Below are positions 12,235-26,500 of a DNA stretch of 64,000 bases, piece after piece (within the stretch, counting starts at the first letter, position 1; each line of letters opens with the position of its first letter). This DNA comes from Carcharhinus longimanus (lineage: Eukaryota). Position numbers and translations under genes: made by a program. Under the pieces are notes generated by a model that searched no databases, had not been told where the DNA came from, and saw only the letters and a program-made list of their open reading frames with translations. The stretch covers positions 52,318,901 through 52,382,900 of the forward strand of contig JASCQW010000032.1 in NCBI GenBank assembly GCA_030264375.1, given 5' to 3'.

Positions 12235-13540
12235 CAAATCTACAACAAAAAGATTTATCTATAAATGACAGAAACACTACAAATAAAATACTGGAAGTGC
12301 AGGCTGTTGCAGCAGTAGGGAACTGTGATGCAGCAGGAATTCAGAGTTACCTGGATGGAAAAGAGTCAGAGACACTGGGAGAGTGGGGAGCGGGTGGAGG
12401 GTTTAACTTTCACCCAAACGGGCATGTAGTCAGTGCCTGCCTAATTAATTCAATGGACGCATAAATCATTTTCACTGAGCAATCTCTAGCAGCTTGCTGA
12501 ACTGGAGAGAAAAAAAACAAACAACTCCACAGGTAAGTCAAACAGGAAAGCAGTAAAGGGAGAATCAAGAAATGTGGCTTACCCAACAGAAACTTCAAGG
12601 CTGGAATATTTAATGAGTACTTTATATTGCCGTTTACTACTCAAAAGGTAACAAAACATCAGTAAAGTTGAGATGGCACATGTAATAATGGATGGGGTGA
12701 AAATTGAGAGGTAAGGTGTACTCGACAGGCTGGCTATGATTAGAGTGGATTAAGTCACCTGCTCCAAATAGCTTGCATCCCAGATTGCTCAAGGAAGCGG
12801 GGCTGGAGATAGCAGAAGCACTGTGGTGATCTTCTAATATTCCCTAGATAGAGAGGGATAGCCAGAAGATTGGAGAATGGCAAATATGACACCACTATTC
12901 AAGAAAATCTGCAAGCACAGTCTTCATAATGATAGGATAGTTAGCTTAACGTCAATGGTGGGTAAAGTTTTAAAACAATGATCAGGGAAAAATAAATCAA
13001 CAGACACATGGCAAAGTTTTAGTTAATTAAGGCTTATCAGCACAGATTTGTCAAAGTCAGATTGTGCTTGACTAATCTAATTTTTTTAAAACAAAATACA
13101 TGAAGGTTAATGAAAAAAATGGAATGGATGTTATCGATATGGATCTTAAGAAAGCATGTGACAAAGTACCACATAAAAGGCGGTTGACAAAATTGAGCCT
13201 CATGAAACAGGAAGATCAATGTCAGCTTGGATTAAAAAAAAGGCATGAAAACAGAAAGTCATGGTAAATAATTTTTTTTCCCCCAGAGTGCCAGATGATA
13301 GATAGTGGTATTCCCCCAAGGGACAGTGTTTCTTTTTGAATCAATATGGAATGTAGGGCAAAATAAAAATTTGCTATTGATATCAAACTTGGAGAAATGG
13401 CAAACAGTGAAGTTAATATAAATTTACTGTAATGGGATATGTAGGTCAGGGGACACAGATTTAAGGTTTTGGGGAAGAAACGCAGGGAAAAATGTGTGGA
13501 ATTAAGTTTTTTAATGCAGCAAATGGTAATGACTAACAAT
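12235..13540 (+). mobile_element. Decayed CR1 LINE ORF2
   Basis: KSPAPNSLHPRLLKE, EDWRMANMTPLFKK, QHRFVK..CLTNL, MDLKKACDKVPH motifs with frameshifts. Confidence 0.75.
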
Positions 13541-14346
13541 CTTCATCTGCATCTTTGGCTTTGAAAATCTTAACAGATAAAATTGACGACACTGCTAAAC
13601 TTACTTTTAATGGTAACCAAGACCATTGGTTTAGGGTTTGAGCAAATCTCGAAGTTTGAACCTGAAGTTACTATCAGTTGCTCCCAAACAAATTTGCAGG
13701 CCTGAAATACCATTGCCACCATTCCATCAACAAGAATATGTGATAAACAATGAATACATTCAAATCATTGTCTTTATGTAGCTGTTAAATACTATATATG
13801 GTAACAAGAGCTGCTTTATACAATTAAAAGCAAAATTATTCCAACATTTACATATTTTAAAAGACAAAACATTTCAATCCTGTAATGTTAATCACTGGTC
13901 AAAATTAGTAAAAATAAAGTCAGAAAACTTTTCTTCAAAACCCATTGAAATGACTGAAAAGGCAAATCTTATTCATGCACAAAAATATGTGAGATAGATA
14001 GATAACTCTATTATGAGTTTACAGGCTTTTTTACTATTGTTTTAATTCTTTGAATTGATAGGGAGTTGTTCCTGAAGGTTTTCGTTTAAGTATGTAACCT
14101 TAAAAAACTCACTTAAACCAAATCTTGATAAAAGATGATGGTTGCTAAATTATTCAGATTACACAACTGGATATACATACACACACATATAAAAAACATG
14201 TTTTACATTTCAAGCTGTGCTTTTTTTTGTCTATTTTTAACTTTTACCTTTAGTAACTGTAAGATAAAAAGATGGATTGTATATATCAAAATTAAAAATT
14301 CTGTCGAACTATACATAGCAAATGGCAACGTAGCTCTGTTTCATCA

Positions 14347-14352
14347 TTTATT
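14347..14352 (-). terminator. Candidate proximal polyadenylation signal (AATAAA) of CD302
   Basis: tttatt on the + strand ~45 nt past the stop codon; AT-rich UTR-like sequence continues to ~13550, so distal sites are also possible. Confidence 0.3.
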
Positions 14353-14396
14353 GTGCAATTATATTAGTATTTAATACCATGTACTGATTAAAAAGG

Positions 14397-14599
14397 CTAT
14401 GCTACATATTCTCTTTCTTCGTTCTCTACCAAAACACTGTCATCCGTAATTTGATCAGTTGGATTATACTGGATGGAATTAAATCCATTTGCAGTGAGAC
14501 ATTTTCTTTTAAACACATACCACGTAACTATTGATATTATCACTAAAATTGCAGCAGCTGAGATGATTAATGCTGTTGGTAATATGTTATTTTTGCTGC
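14397..14599 (-). CDS. CD302: CD302 exon 6 (TM plus cytoplasmic tail, stop TAG)
   Basis: ttttttgcag acceptor; [30 protein letters not shown] stop-transfer, tail ending [15 protein letters not shown]. Confidence 0.93.
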
Positions 14600-17500
14600 C
14601 TGCAAAAAACAACAAGAAATAATTTGTTAATAGTTTGGACCGAATAAAGCAATATAGTATGACAATCTTTCTGGTTCATGGGGGTCAAAATTGTATGAGA
14701 TTTAACTAGTCATCTGAAGTAATGAAGTATCATTGATAACATGAATGCATTATTTACATACGCTTATGAGTAATATTCTGTCTATGGGCAGCCTTTCCAG
14801 TTTGAAAGCAACCATATTTGAAAGGGGCCAAAGATTAGATGTAAGCTAACAAGAAACCCTTAATATAAAAAGCTAAATATTAGAAGTTTTTAATGCTAAA
14901 ACAGGGCGTTCTGTACTGATAAACCAGTTTTACAGTACATCATATGGTGCCAGAAATTGCTGGGAAGTTGCTTCATTATAGACGCCATTATCAATTCATA
15001 AAAAATCCAGGCATTTGCAAAGTAAACATATTTCCGATTCTCAACACTTCTCTGAATGCATTTGATCTGCTTAATAATTATCTCTTCTGAAGGCAATAAA
15101 AAAGTCCCTTTGAACCATGAAATGAACTTAAATCAAATGAACTGCATTGAACTTAATGGCAATTGGGAAATTACTGGATTTGTGAAGTTACCATGACTTC
15201 CTGTCAGTGTCACTCAGAGCTGGAAATGAATGTCAGAGAGAACCCTGTCAAAGAAGTGATTTGTGATCTTGGCATGACAGCCACCTTTAGGGGCCCAGAG
15301 AGGGTACGTTGAAACTGGTGAAGTTTCACATCACTCAATAATGTATTTGTTGCACCCTTTTAACTGCCTGTATTTTTGTGCCAGTCTTGTCATCTGTGTA
15401 CCTATTATGGCTGAAGTGCAGGATACAAAGCTGTATTGACAACCAGAGGATGGTGACCCATTTAAAAGCAGTTTGATGGATTTTATTTCAAAAAATAATG
15501 TACTGCAATACAGTACGTAAGTAAATGTAGACGGGGGGGGGGGGGGGTGGTGGTTAGTGATTCTCCAACTCATTGCCCCTGAAGGAGATTGCGCCAATCC
15601 CCGCAGAATAGCGTGTGGGCCTAAAAACTGGTTTTGTACCTGGTGCAAAACTATTTGCAGATCTCCTGGCCCTTTTCTAATGGCGTTAGCCAGATTGCAC
15701 CCAGGAAGGGCACAAGGCTGATTTACATGAGATTGACTGGATTTCAATCTCATTAGTAAGTTTGACATGTGCCCCTCTACCCTATGGTTGCTATGATTTG
15801 TCAACAATTCCATCATTTTAACATAAGAATAGGAGTATAGAATACAGACCCTTGAGTCTGAACTACCATTTAATAAAATCATGACTGATCCACCCAATTC
15901 CCATGTCCCTCAACTCCCTTATAGAGTCCAAAAATCTATCAATCTCAGCCTGGAATTGACCAAGGATTCAGCATCCACAGCCGTCTTGGCTAGAGAATTG
16001 CAAAGATTCAATACCCTCAGAGTAAAGATCTGTCTTTGATGGTTGGCTCCTTAATTTAAGACTGGGATCTTTACTCAGAGGGTAGCCCCTTAGTTCAGAT
16101 GCCCAGCATGGGAATAACAGCCTCTCAGCATCTACCAGGTCAAGCCCATTCAAAATCCCATATGTTTTAATAATTTCACCTCTCATTCCCCTGAACCCAC
16201 AGAAAGAATAGGTCCATTTTACTTATCCCTCCTTATAGATTAACACTTTAATCTCAGACAGCAATGCAGTAAACTCCCCCTCCCTAGGATGGTGGAAGGT
16301 GAAAAATTCTTTAATTCTTATGCAACTGTTCTCTGTTCCTATGAAAGCAATACGACTGATGTATAAGAGGAGCCCTGCTGTCACTTATGGTGGATGGATG
16401 GTATGTGAACGAAACACACTTCATGCATCAAAATATTCCTCATTTCACACATGTCCCCTGCCATCCATTCAAGGGAATGATTCCTGAAGTTGGGGCTCAT
16501 TACACCCATTTGTATTTTGATATTAGACACTAGGGAAAAAGCAAAAATTAATTTGTTTTAAAGTGTCATGAAAAATGAACATTTTCAAATTAGTAGTGAT
16601 TTAAAATGCTCAGATACTCACCTCTTGAGCATTTTTCTCCATCAGGTACAGCTACTAGAATAAATATAAAATCATACATGAGTTTAAGAGAGAAGTTACA
16701 TGCTGGATGTACAGTAATTTTTGAGTTTTCACCAGTGGCCCTCAATGGGCAGCAAACTAACCTGTAAAGCTGGGAAATAACTCACGGTGCGGGCTGGCAG
16801 GGGGCATGCTGCCGATGGCTTGCTGCCCTAATTTACAGGTCCAAATTTGAAGCACATGTTTTTCCCCATATTATTGGCTATCGAATTCCGCACATGCACA
16901 GTTCTATTTTTAGACACACACTCCTCCTGGAGCTCAGCCCCTCCCACACTTTCTCAGATTCACCAGCCCCTCACCCCTTTTCTGGCACGCCCACCACCTC
17001 ACACACTTGCTGGCACTCCCACCGCCTCATGTGCACGTGCCAGCACTCCCACCCTCTTAGAATCATTATTAACTCTACCTCCCCCCTCAAACTTGCCACT
17101 GGGCCTACCCTCTGCTCTCAGACTTACCAGCAACCCTATCACCACGTTCAAAGACTCTCCAGCACCCCCAGCATCCCATCCACGTCCCCAGACACCCCAC
17201 CCTCAGACTCCCCAGCACCCATACACCCTTTATAGGCTCTATAGCATAATCAACCACTCCCAATTTCAGACTTGGCACCCCCCACCCTACCCCTCTCTCC
17301 CTCACCAGGAGCCTCACCCCAGCTTTCAGGTCTGTCAGGAGCCCCATCCCCATTTCTGTGCTTAAATACATCAGCAGTCCACCCCCATTCTCACAAACAC
17401 ATCAGCACTCTCTCCATTTCCCCTCCTCCAACTCTCTCACTGACCAGCTCCCCACACTGACAGGCTTTACAGCATCTCCATCCTCCTTCTGCTTTAGGAC

Positions 17501-20500
17501 ATCAGCACACCCATCCCATCAGTAGAATCAGACATATGGGACTGCTTAGAGTCAGTGGACTGATCAGTATTTAAAAACTGACCAGCCTGAACAAGCATGC
17601 CACTACAGTAACTGACTTCATTAGTAAGTGTATAGAAAACATGCTGATTTGCCAAAGAAACAAATCAGCATGTTTCCCAACCAGAAACCATGGATGAACA
17701 GGGATAGCCACTGCTGGCTGAAATCTAAGTCTGAAGTGTTCAAGTCAGGCGACCCTGGCCCATATAAAAAAGCCAGATATGCCCTAAGGAGATCCCACAA
17801 AGATGCCAAAAGACAGTACCGGACCAAATCAGAGTCCCAGGCTAGTCACATGGACCCCCTTGACTATGGAAAGGTCTGCAAAACATAACAGGCTGCAAGA
17901 TGAAGGCATCTAAAATTGTCAGCACCAATTACCCCTCCCTGATGAGTCAATGGATTCTATGCCNNNNNNNNNNNNNNNNNNNNNNNNNNNNNNNNNNNNN
18001 NNNNNNNNNNNNNNNNNNNNNNNNNNNNNNNNNNNNNNNNNNNNNNNNNNNNNNNNNNNNNNNNNNNNNNNNNNNNNNNNNNNNNNNNNNNNNNNNNNNN
18101 NNNNNNNNNNNNNNNNNNNNNNNNNNNNNNNNNNNNNNNNNNNNNNNNNNNNNNNNNNNNNNNNNNNNNNNNNNNNNNNNNNNNNNNNNNNNNNNNNNNN
18201 NNNNNNNNNNNNNNNNNNNNNNNNNNNNNNNNNNNNNNNNNNNNNNNNNNNNNNNNNNNNNNNNNNNNNNNNNNNNNNNNNNNNNNNNNNNNNNNNNNNN
18301 NNNNNNNNNNNNNNNNNNNNNNNNNNNNNNNNNNNNNNNNNNNNNNNNNNNNNNNNNNNNNNNNNNNNNCAGGTCCAAGATGACGCCATCTCCCTGGTCC
18401 TGCACTCAATCCTGGGACCTCTAGTTACGTAAAGATACCTATGTCAGACTTCTATTTATTGACTACAGCTCAGCCTTCAAAACCATTGTTCCTACAAAAC
18501 TCAACTCCAAACTCAATGGCCTAGGTCTCAGCTCTTCCCTCTGTGACTGGATCCTGAACTTCCTAACCCACAGACAACAGTCATTAAGAATAGGCAACAA
18601 CATCTCATCATGATCATCCTCAACACCAGTGTCCCACAAGGCCGTGTCCTCAGCCTCCTATTATTCTCTTTATACACCTACGGCTGCGTGGCCAAATTCA
18701 TCTCCAACTCAATTTTCAAGTTTGCTGACGACACCACTGTAATAGGTCAGATGTCAACCAATGATGAGACAGAGTACAGGAATGAGATAGAGAATCTGGT
18801 GAACTGGTGCGATGACAATAATCTCTCCCTCAGTGTCAACAGAACGAAGGAGATTGTCATCGATTTCAGGAAACGTAGTGGAGAAGATATCCGTCTACAT
18901 CAATGGGAACAAAGTTGAAATGGTCAACAGCTTCAAGTTTTTAGGTATCCAGATCACCAACGACCTGTCTTGGTTCCCCCTCCTCCCCCACAATGCCGAC
19001 ACTATAGTTAAGAACGCCCACCAATGCCTCTTTTCTCAGAAGACTAAGGAAATTTGGCATGTCAACTATGATTCTCACCAACTTTACAGATGCACCATAG
19101 AAAGCATTTTTTCTGGTTATATCACAGCTTGGCATAGCTCCTGCTCTGCCCAAGACTGCAAGAAACTACAGAACTTCGTGAATGTATCCCAATCCATCAC
19201 ACCAACCAGCCTCCCATCCACTGACTCTGTCTACACTTCCCGCTACCTCAGAAAAACAGCCAGCAAATTTAGGAATTATGCATCCCAGACATACTCTCTT
19301 CAGCCAGCTTCTGTTGGGAAAAAGATACAAAAGTCTGAGGTCACATATCAACCGACTCAAGAACTGTTTCTTCCTTGCTATCAGACTTTTGAATGGACAT
19401 ACCTCGCACTATGTTGACCTTTCTCTACACCCTAGCTATGACTACAACACTACATTCTGCACTCTCTCCTCTCCTTCTCTATGCATGATATGCTTTGCAT
19501 GCAAGAAACAGTACTTTTCACTGTGTACTAATACAGTGACAGTAATAAATCAAATCAAAGTATGCTTGTCTTGAAACAAAGAGCTAGGGTGAGACTTTTA
19601 TTGAAAGTCATCACCTAGTATGCACAATAGTCTATTGAATAACCTGGAAAGGAACACCAAAATCCAGATGGAATAATTTAATTCTTTCTGCCTGTCTAAT
19701 GTTTTCCTTCAAGGTAGCTAGAAACTGATTAAAAGCCAACCACCAAGTTGGCTAGTACTTGCAATACCTTATTGCAAAAGTAGATTTTTCTTGTTTGCCT
19801 TTAATAATCTGATGATCCAATGTTTCCTTTGCACAAAAAAAGTGTGCATAAACCTCCTTAGTCTACATTCAATAGGTTACTATAAATTTATTTTTCTTTT
19901 TTCTTGGTTATGTCAAAAGCTAAAAACAAAGCAAGCAAAAATGACTTTAAAGTCTGATCTTAACTAGTCAAAATATTTAACCTTCTCAGATGATTTAATT
20001 CTGAATTAAATGGTGCACTGTAGGCAGTCAGTATTGGATGCATTTCAATTTCAAAGCATTCCAGAGTTTTCCAATAATGTGGATTCAGGACTTGATTGTA
20101 ATGCTCCATTATTTAAAATCTTCAGCAAGTTACTTAAATGCAATGATGCAGAAATGCATCATCATTGAGGAATATATGGCTCTTATTGCAGTGAGGTACA
20201 ATGATGACATGTTTCCACAACAGGAAAGGACAATAGATAAAGTAAATTTTACCTAGGGATGCCTATACAATGATAATGATGTCCACTACAGTCATTAAGA
20301 TGGAGAACAAGCACATTTAGACCTCCATCACCCCTGGCCACACACACAATTCTGATCTCATTCATAGGGATGGAGTGAAGGATGGAGTGAAGCAAGAGTA
20401 AAAGCTGAAAATACTTAATAGGAACACAAAAGCAGGAAGTAGATGATTAAACACTACACTGCCCCCTTGACTGTAAAAAAAGTGGGGACTCCATTTTGGT

Positions 20501-23500
20501 AAGTTATTGAAGCCATGAAAAATGTGCAATGTAGATTTATTCGGGTAATAATTACATGGATGGGAGGATGATAATAGAGAAGAGATTTGAAGAACAAGGA
20601 CTGAATTTAGGAAAGTAGAAAATACCTACAGAAGTGTTCACATTTTGAAAGGGCTCCAAATATTCAACATGGGAGGATCTGTTGTTAACAGGAAGACTTA
20701 AATCTCAAATTAAAGTGTAGTCATGGAGGTGAGGGTGGACGGGGGGAGATATTGTTCACTGCAGCTGTGATCGTGTGTTCTNNNNNNNNNNNNNNNNNNN
20801 NNNNNNNNNNNNNNNNNNNNNNNNNNNNNNNNNNNNNNNNNNNNNNNNNNNNNNNNNNNNNNNNNNNNNNNNNNNNNNNNNNNNNNNNNNNNNNNNNNNN
20901 NNNNNNNNNNNNNNNNNNNNNNNNNNNNNNNNNNNNNNNNNNNNNNNNNNNNNNNNNNNNNNNNNNNNNNNNNNNNNNNNNNNNNNNNNNNNNNNNNNNN
21001 NNNNNNNNNNNNNNNNNNNNNNNNNNNNNNNNNNNNNNNNNNNNNNNNNNNNNNNNNNNNNNNNNNNNNNNNNNNNNNNNNNNNNNNNNNNNNNNNNNNN
21101 NNNNNNNNNNNNNNNNNNNNNNNNNNNNNNNNNNNNNNNNNNNNNNNNNNNNNNNNNNNNNNNNNNNNNNNNNNNNNNNNNNNNNNNNNNNNNNNNNNNN
21201 NNNNNNNNNNNNNNNNNNNNNNNNNNNNNNNNNNNNNNNNNNNNNNNNNNNNNNNNNNNNNNNNNNNNNNNNNNNNNNNNNNNNNNNNNNNNNNNNNNNN
21301 NNNNNNNNNNNNNNNNNNNNNNNNNNNNNNNNNNNNNNNNNNNNNNNNNNNNNNNNNNNNNNNNNNNNNNNGGGCTTGGGTTTTTATTCATAGGAAACCA
21401 AACCAGGAGAAAAAAAGAAATTGGTCCATTTCAATGGGCTGCACCTAAACCAGATTAAGACTAATGTCTTGGCAAATCAAGTAGCTGCTTCGGACTTTGA
21501 AATAATTAAGGGACAATCAGCAAGAGGTTTCAGGAAAGGGTAAATTCATTGGCACTAAGAGAAATGTTATGGCTGGAGAGCAGAGTAGCAATTTGTGTAA
21601 ATAAGAATAATATGGATCAGGAAGGGATAGCGCGCTTAATGAAAAGGACATTCGTGACTAGGGTGACATTGTTGATTATGATGATACCAACTTACATTTC
21701 TATAGTGGCTTTATTCTAATTAAACATCCCAAGCTGCTCTACAAATGTTATTAAACTAAATTTGACACTGACCAAGAAAATTTAGGGCAGATGGATAAAG
21801 GCTTGATTAAAGAGGTTTTAAGAAGGCAGAAGGTGGAAAAGCAAGTGGATAGGTGGAGGAATTTAGGGAGGCAGTTCATGAGCTTAGAGTCTTGGCAGCT
21901 GAAGACATAACTACCAAGGATGGAGCAATTAAAATCAGGAACGCTGAACAGGTCAGAATTGGCAGAGTGCAGAAAAGGAAGAGGGGCTGCCCTGATAAGG
22001 ATAAAGTAAAGACTGTAGGAAGATTTTGAAATATTAGATATGGTATCAGTTGGAGGAGTTAAGAAACAGCAAGAGGCAAAAGAAACAATACGGGGAGCAG
22101 TTCATAGGCCCCCTAATAATAGTTATGTCTAACAGAGTATAAATCAGGAAATCAAAGGTTCTTTGTAACAAGGGTAAGATGGTAATCATAGAGGACTGTC
22201 ATATTCATATTGATTGAACAAACAAAATTTGCAGTAACAGTGTAGGACACAAGTTCAGGAAGTACATTCAAAATAGTTTTTGAGATTAATATGTCAAGGA
22301 ACTAAAAAGGGAACAGACTATTTTAGATATAGTTTTGTGCAATGAGGCATGATTAAGTAATAACCTTCCAGTAAAGCAGGCTACATCAGAGAGTGATCAT
22401 TGTATAATAGAATTTTATGTTGCGTTTGAGGGGAATTTAGTTAATCTGAAACATGTATCTTAAATCAGAAGACAACTAACAATACATGTTCCAGGGGTAA
22501 TTTGACTAAGGTAGATGGGGAAACTAGATTAAAATACACAAAGTTAAATAGGTAATGGCTAATATTTGAAGAATTAATAATTTGCAACATGTATACATTC
22601 TCTTAAAGAATAAATCAGAAAAAAGTGGCCCTCCTGTGACTAACGAATGAAGTTAAAAATATTAGATTAAAGGAAAAGGCTTATAATGTTGTCAAGAAGA
22701 GTAGTAAAGCTGGAAAAATGGGAAGATTTAACGATTCAGCAAAAGGCAACAAAGAAACTGACAGAGAAAGAGAAACTAGGAGTAAACTAGTTGCAGACAA
22801 AAACAGATTGTAAACATTTATGTTGGTGTGTAGAAAGGGAAAGATTAGGGCACGAACGAGGATCCTTTAGAACCAAAGTTAGAGGAAAAATTATGAGGGG
22901 AATAAGAACATGCTAGAGACATAAATCAACAATTTGTAACTGTCTGAAAAAAATTCCAGAAGTCACAGAGCTCCAAGGATGTAACAAAAATTAAGGATTT
23001 AAGCAGGCAAGAATATAATTTGAGGTTATTAATATAAGATAGCCAACTAGAAATTTAATAAAGAAGTCAGAAAACTTGTTTCGCCAGAGTGGTCAGAATG
23101 CGGAATTTGTTACCACAAGGAGTAATTGAAGAGAATAAGAAGCATGGGGCAGCACGGTGGCAGTGGTTAGCACTGCTGCTTCACAGCACCAGGGACCCGG
23201 GTTCAATTTCTGCTTGGGTCACTGTCTTTGTGGAGTTTGCACATTCTCCCTGTGTCCGTGTGTGTTTCCTCTGGGTACTCCAGTTTCCTCCTGCAGTCCA
23301 AAGATGTGCAGGTTAGGTGGATTGGCCATACTGAATTGCCCCTTAGTGACAGGAGGACTAGCTAGGATAAATGCATGGGATTATGGGGATAGGATTGTCA
23401 TCAGTGCAGACTCAATGGACCAAATGGCCTCCTTTTGCACTGTAGGATTCTATGATTCTATGATTCTGTGTCACGGGGAAGCCAGACAATCCCGTTCTGA

Positions 23501-26500
23501 GTCTGGAGACGGGAAGGAAAATTAGTCTGCTTCATGCTAGGTAATGAATATACATGATCTTCCTCCTTTTAGATAATTAGTTGTGTATCAGCAAGGAGCT
23601 TGTACACTGTGACATGCAGAATGCCACCTGCCCCACCATTACTTCATACGGTTGAAGGTTCTGCTGCCATATTTGAAAGATACCTGGATAGATATTCACT
23701 CAATGCAGTCCTGGAACTCCGCCAGAATCCCTACAACCACATATGGGGGTGCCTCAGGCATTGGCTTTCACTATTCTGTAGATAAGATAACCACCCGTGA
23801 TACACCCATAGTTGGACCTATGCTCACTGTGTCAGTGGTCCATGTTCTCTAGTTTCTTAACTGTAAAGACTTCCTGCTGTCTCTTGCTGCACAGGCCCTT
23901 GCCCCTCAAGTATCAATTGGCAACAGGTTATCCTTTTCTGAATTTGGATGAGAGCCATTACCAAGGCGGGGTTTTCTGCAGTCTGCATCATCAATGTTTC
24001 AGTGGATTAGTGAACGAATTGAAGTGATACATTAAGTGAGCTTGTCCTTCACTGGATTCCCTCCATCTCAAAGCCAGCAGGCAAGTGCTAAACCATTTTT
24101 CTGGTCTCAGTCTAGATATGGCATCCCCATCGCACCCCATCCAGGTAAAGGACGTTCAGAAATGGATGCTCCTCCTGTTCCAACATGAATGGAGCCACTC
24201 TTTTTGTCCAGTGGGATGAGAATCACATGCAAGACTCACACCAACACTTTTCCACTATCTTTGAAACTCTATAGAGAGGGAATTCTGTTGGCAGTGTGGA
24301 AAGACTAATCACGTGATCCCTTATCAGCCATGACCATTACCAAGGATGTTGGAGGTTTGGAGCTGTGTGTTGGCATCCCCATATACCAGCTCTGGCCTTA
24401 GGAGGCATTCCAGCTTCCTCCCTCCCTTCATCCCTGCCTCCGATAGTAGCAAATGATAAATGGCACAGAATGAATGGCAGCTCCACACCTTGCTGGGAAC
24501 TCGATGAGGCCTGTGAATCGGACAAACCTGTTGCAATGCAGCATCAACATGGAGAAGAGAACACAACTGAGCATTTTTGATATCCAGTTGTCTCAATTAT
24601 TAGGGTGCATCTTTAGTTGGTCACTTGTGCTGACCTTGAATTCCACCCACCCTAAAGACTTTCCTTCCACTTTGAGGGATCTTACTGACTAACTAACTTG
24701 TGGTTAAGGCATAATACTGCAGATGCTTGATTCTGAAACAAAAGCAGAAAATGCTGGAAAATCTCAGCAAGTCTGACAACATTTGTGGAGAGAGAAGACG
24801 ACCAACGTTTCAAGTTTGGAAAACTCTTTGTCAAAGCAGATCTGTAGCCATGTTTCTAATAGGGAGGAAATATATTCTTGCAGCTGAAAAAAAAAAGCCC
24901 CTCTTTGCACTTTGCAGTTTGAGATAACTTTTCTTCCTGCTTGCTAATTGATGGTTTCGCTGTCCTGCTAGTCTCCAGATCACCTTTCTTGGATCCCTTC
25001 AAACGTAATAAGGTCTCAACCACCCCTCCAGTCAGTTTTAATCATGTGATGGCAGTTTTGACGTGTCTCATTATCCACATAATGGGTTGGAGTCAAGTAA
25101 TTGATGATTGACGCACATTGAGGTGGGAGTGGACAGTGGAATGATTGATGTCCCATTCCACATACCAGTTGTGATTACATTCCTCAAAGTACCGATTGCC
25201 TTTTAAATCACTTCTATTGAAATAATAAAGGCAATCAATTTGTCCCCAAATAGAAAAACTGTAGAAAAAGTTGTATTTTGTCTTTTTTCTGTCTAGAACC
25301 CACAAACAGAATTGACCAAACTTTCCAGAAACGATTTAGGGAAAGTACAGTGTCCATTTTTCCATGTTGCTTCCATTTTAAATATAAAAAGACCACTGCC
25401 CAATTATCTTTGTGCTTGATATGACTGTCATTGCTATATATCCCATGTAACCCTATCCTACGTAATTGAATGAGAGAAAGTAATGGGATGAACAGCCAAA
25501 AGATTCCCTGGGCCCAATGGCCTACGTACAATGGTTTTAAAAGTGATGATTTTGGATACACTGATACATTGGTTTGGATCTTTCAGAATTCCTGAAATTC
25601 GGGAAGAATCCCTATCAATGGAAGGTGGGAAATTTAATTCCTCTGCTCAAGAAAGAATGGAGGAAAGAAAAGATAGTTAGTCTAACATCAGTCACAAGGA
25701 AAATGCTAGAATCTATTATTTTCGACACATTATCATGTTTGACAAAACTGTTAAAAGAGCTTCTTGTAGATGTAGTTAGTTTGGTAGATATGAAGGAACC
25801 ATTGCAGATGTAGTGCAAAAAGCATTCAATGTGGTTTATATTAAAATTAGTTAAATGGACAGATGTAGCAGAGGTAGAAGGTCAAACATGACATTATTAA
25901 AGGGCAGAGCAGGCTTGATTAACTGAGTGGCCTACTTCTGCTCCTATTTCATGAATTCTTATGTAGAATCTGCATAAGTTTATATTTTTCATGCAAAGTA
26001 TTATTGAATATTCAATTCATGTCTGGAAGTAAGGGCCTAGGGTGATATACTTTTGTGGTTCATCACTTAATATGAACATTTTTACTGGAGAGGTGTCAAA
26101 CACTGCATCTAATGTGAAGTAAATAAATTCTTGGTATTTAGCTGGAGAGTTTCATCCAGGTGCAATATTTAGTTGTTGTATTTTCTTGTGTGAGTTGCTC
26201 ATGATTTGCATGTTTATGTAATAACACCCTTGATATTTGTATATCTACCATTTGATCTAAGGATATATCCAAGAGCTGCTAACATGTATTCAGTAGTACC
26301 CTGAACCTTAGGGAAGGTGTCAATTTGGCAAAATGTTACTTACATTTCCTACTTGCCAATGCAAAGGTTTATCTAACTACATGCATTAAAATAGAGGACT
26401 TCCTTAGTAGAACAATGTTTTGACAAGAGTCCAGAAATGTTTCCTGTGGGTGATTCAAAATATCTTGTGGCATACAAATTGAGGCTACTGAGAAGATTCA

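Noticed and set aside
16847-17365. 172-aa proline-rich ORF
   Set aside because: C-rich low-complexity DNA, antisense within a CD302 intron
17900-18432. Long ORFs in the track spanning N runs (also 20.7, 33.3 and 47.7 kb)
   Set aside because: Open only because of N bases
23146-23220. tRNA-like A/B boxes
   Set aside because: SINE heads, not tRNA genes; no full cloverleaf
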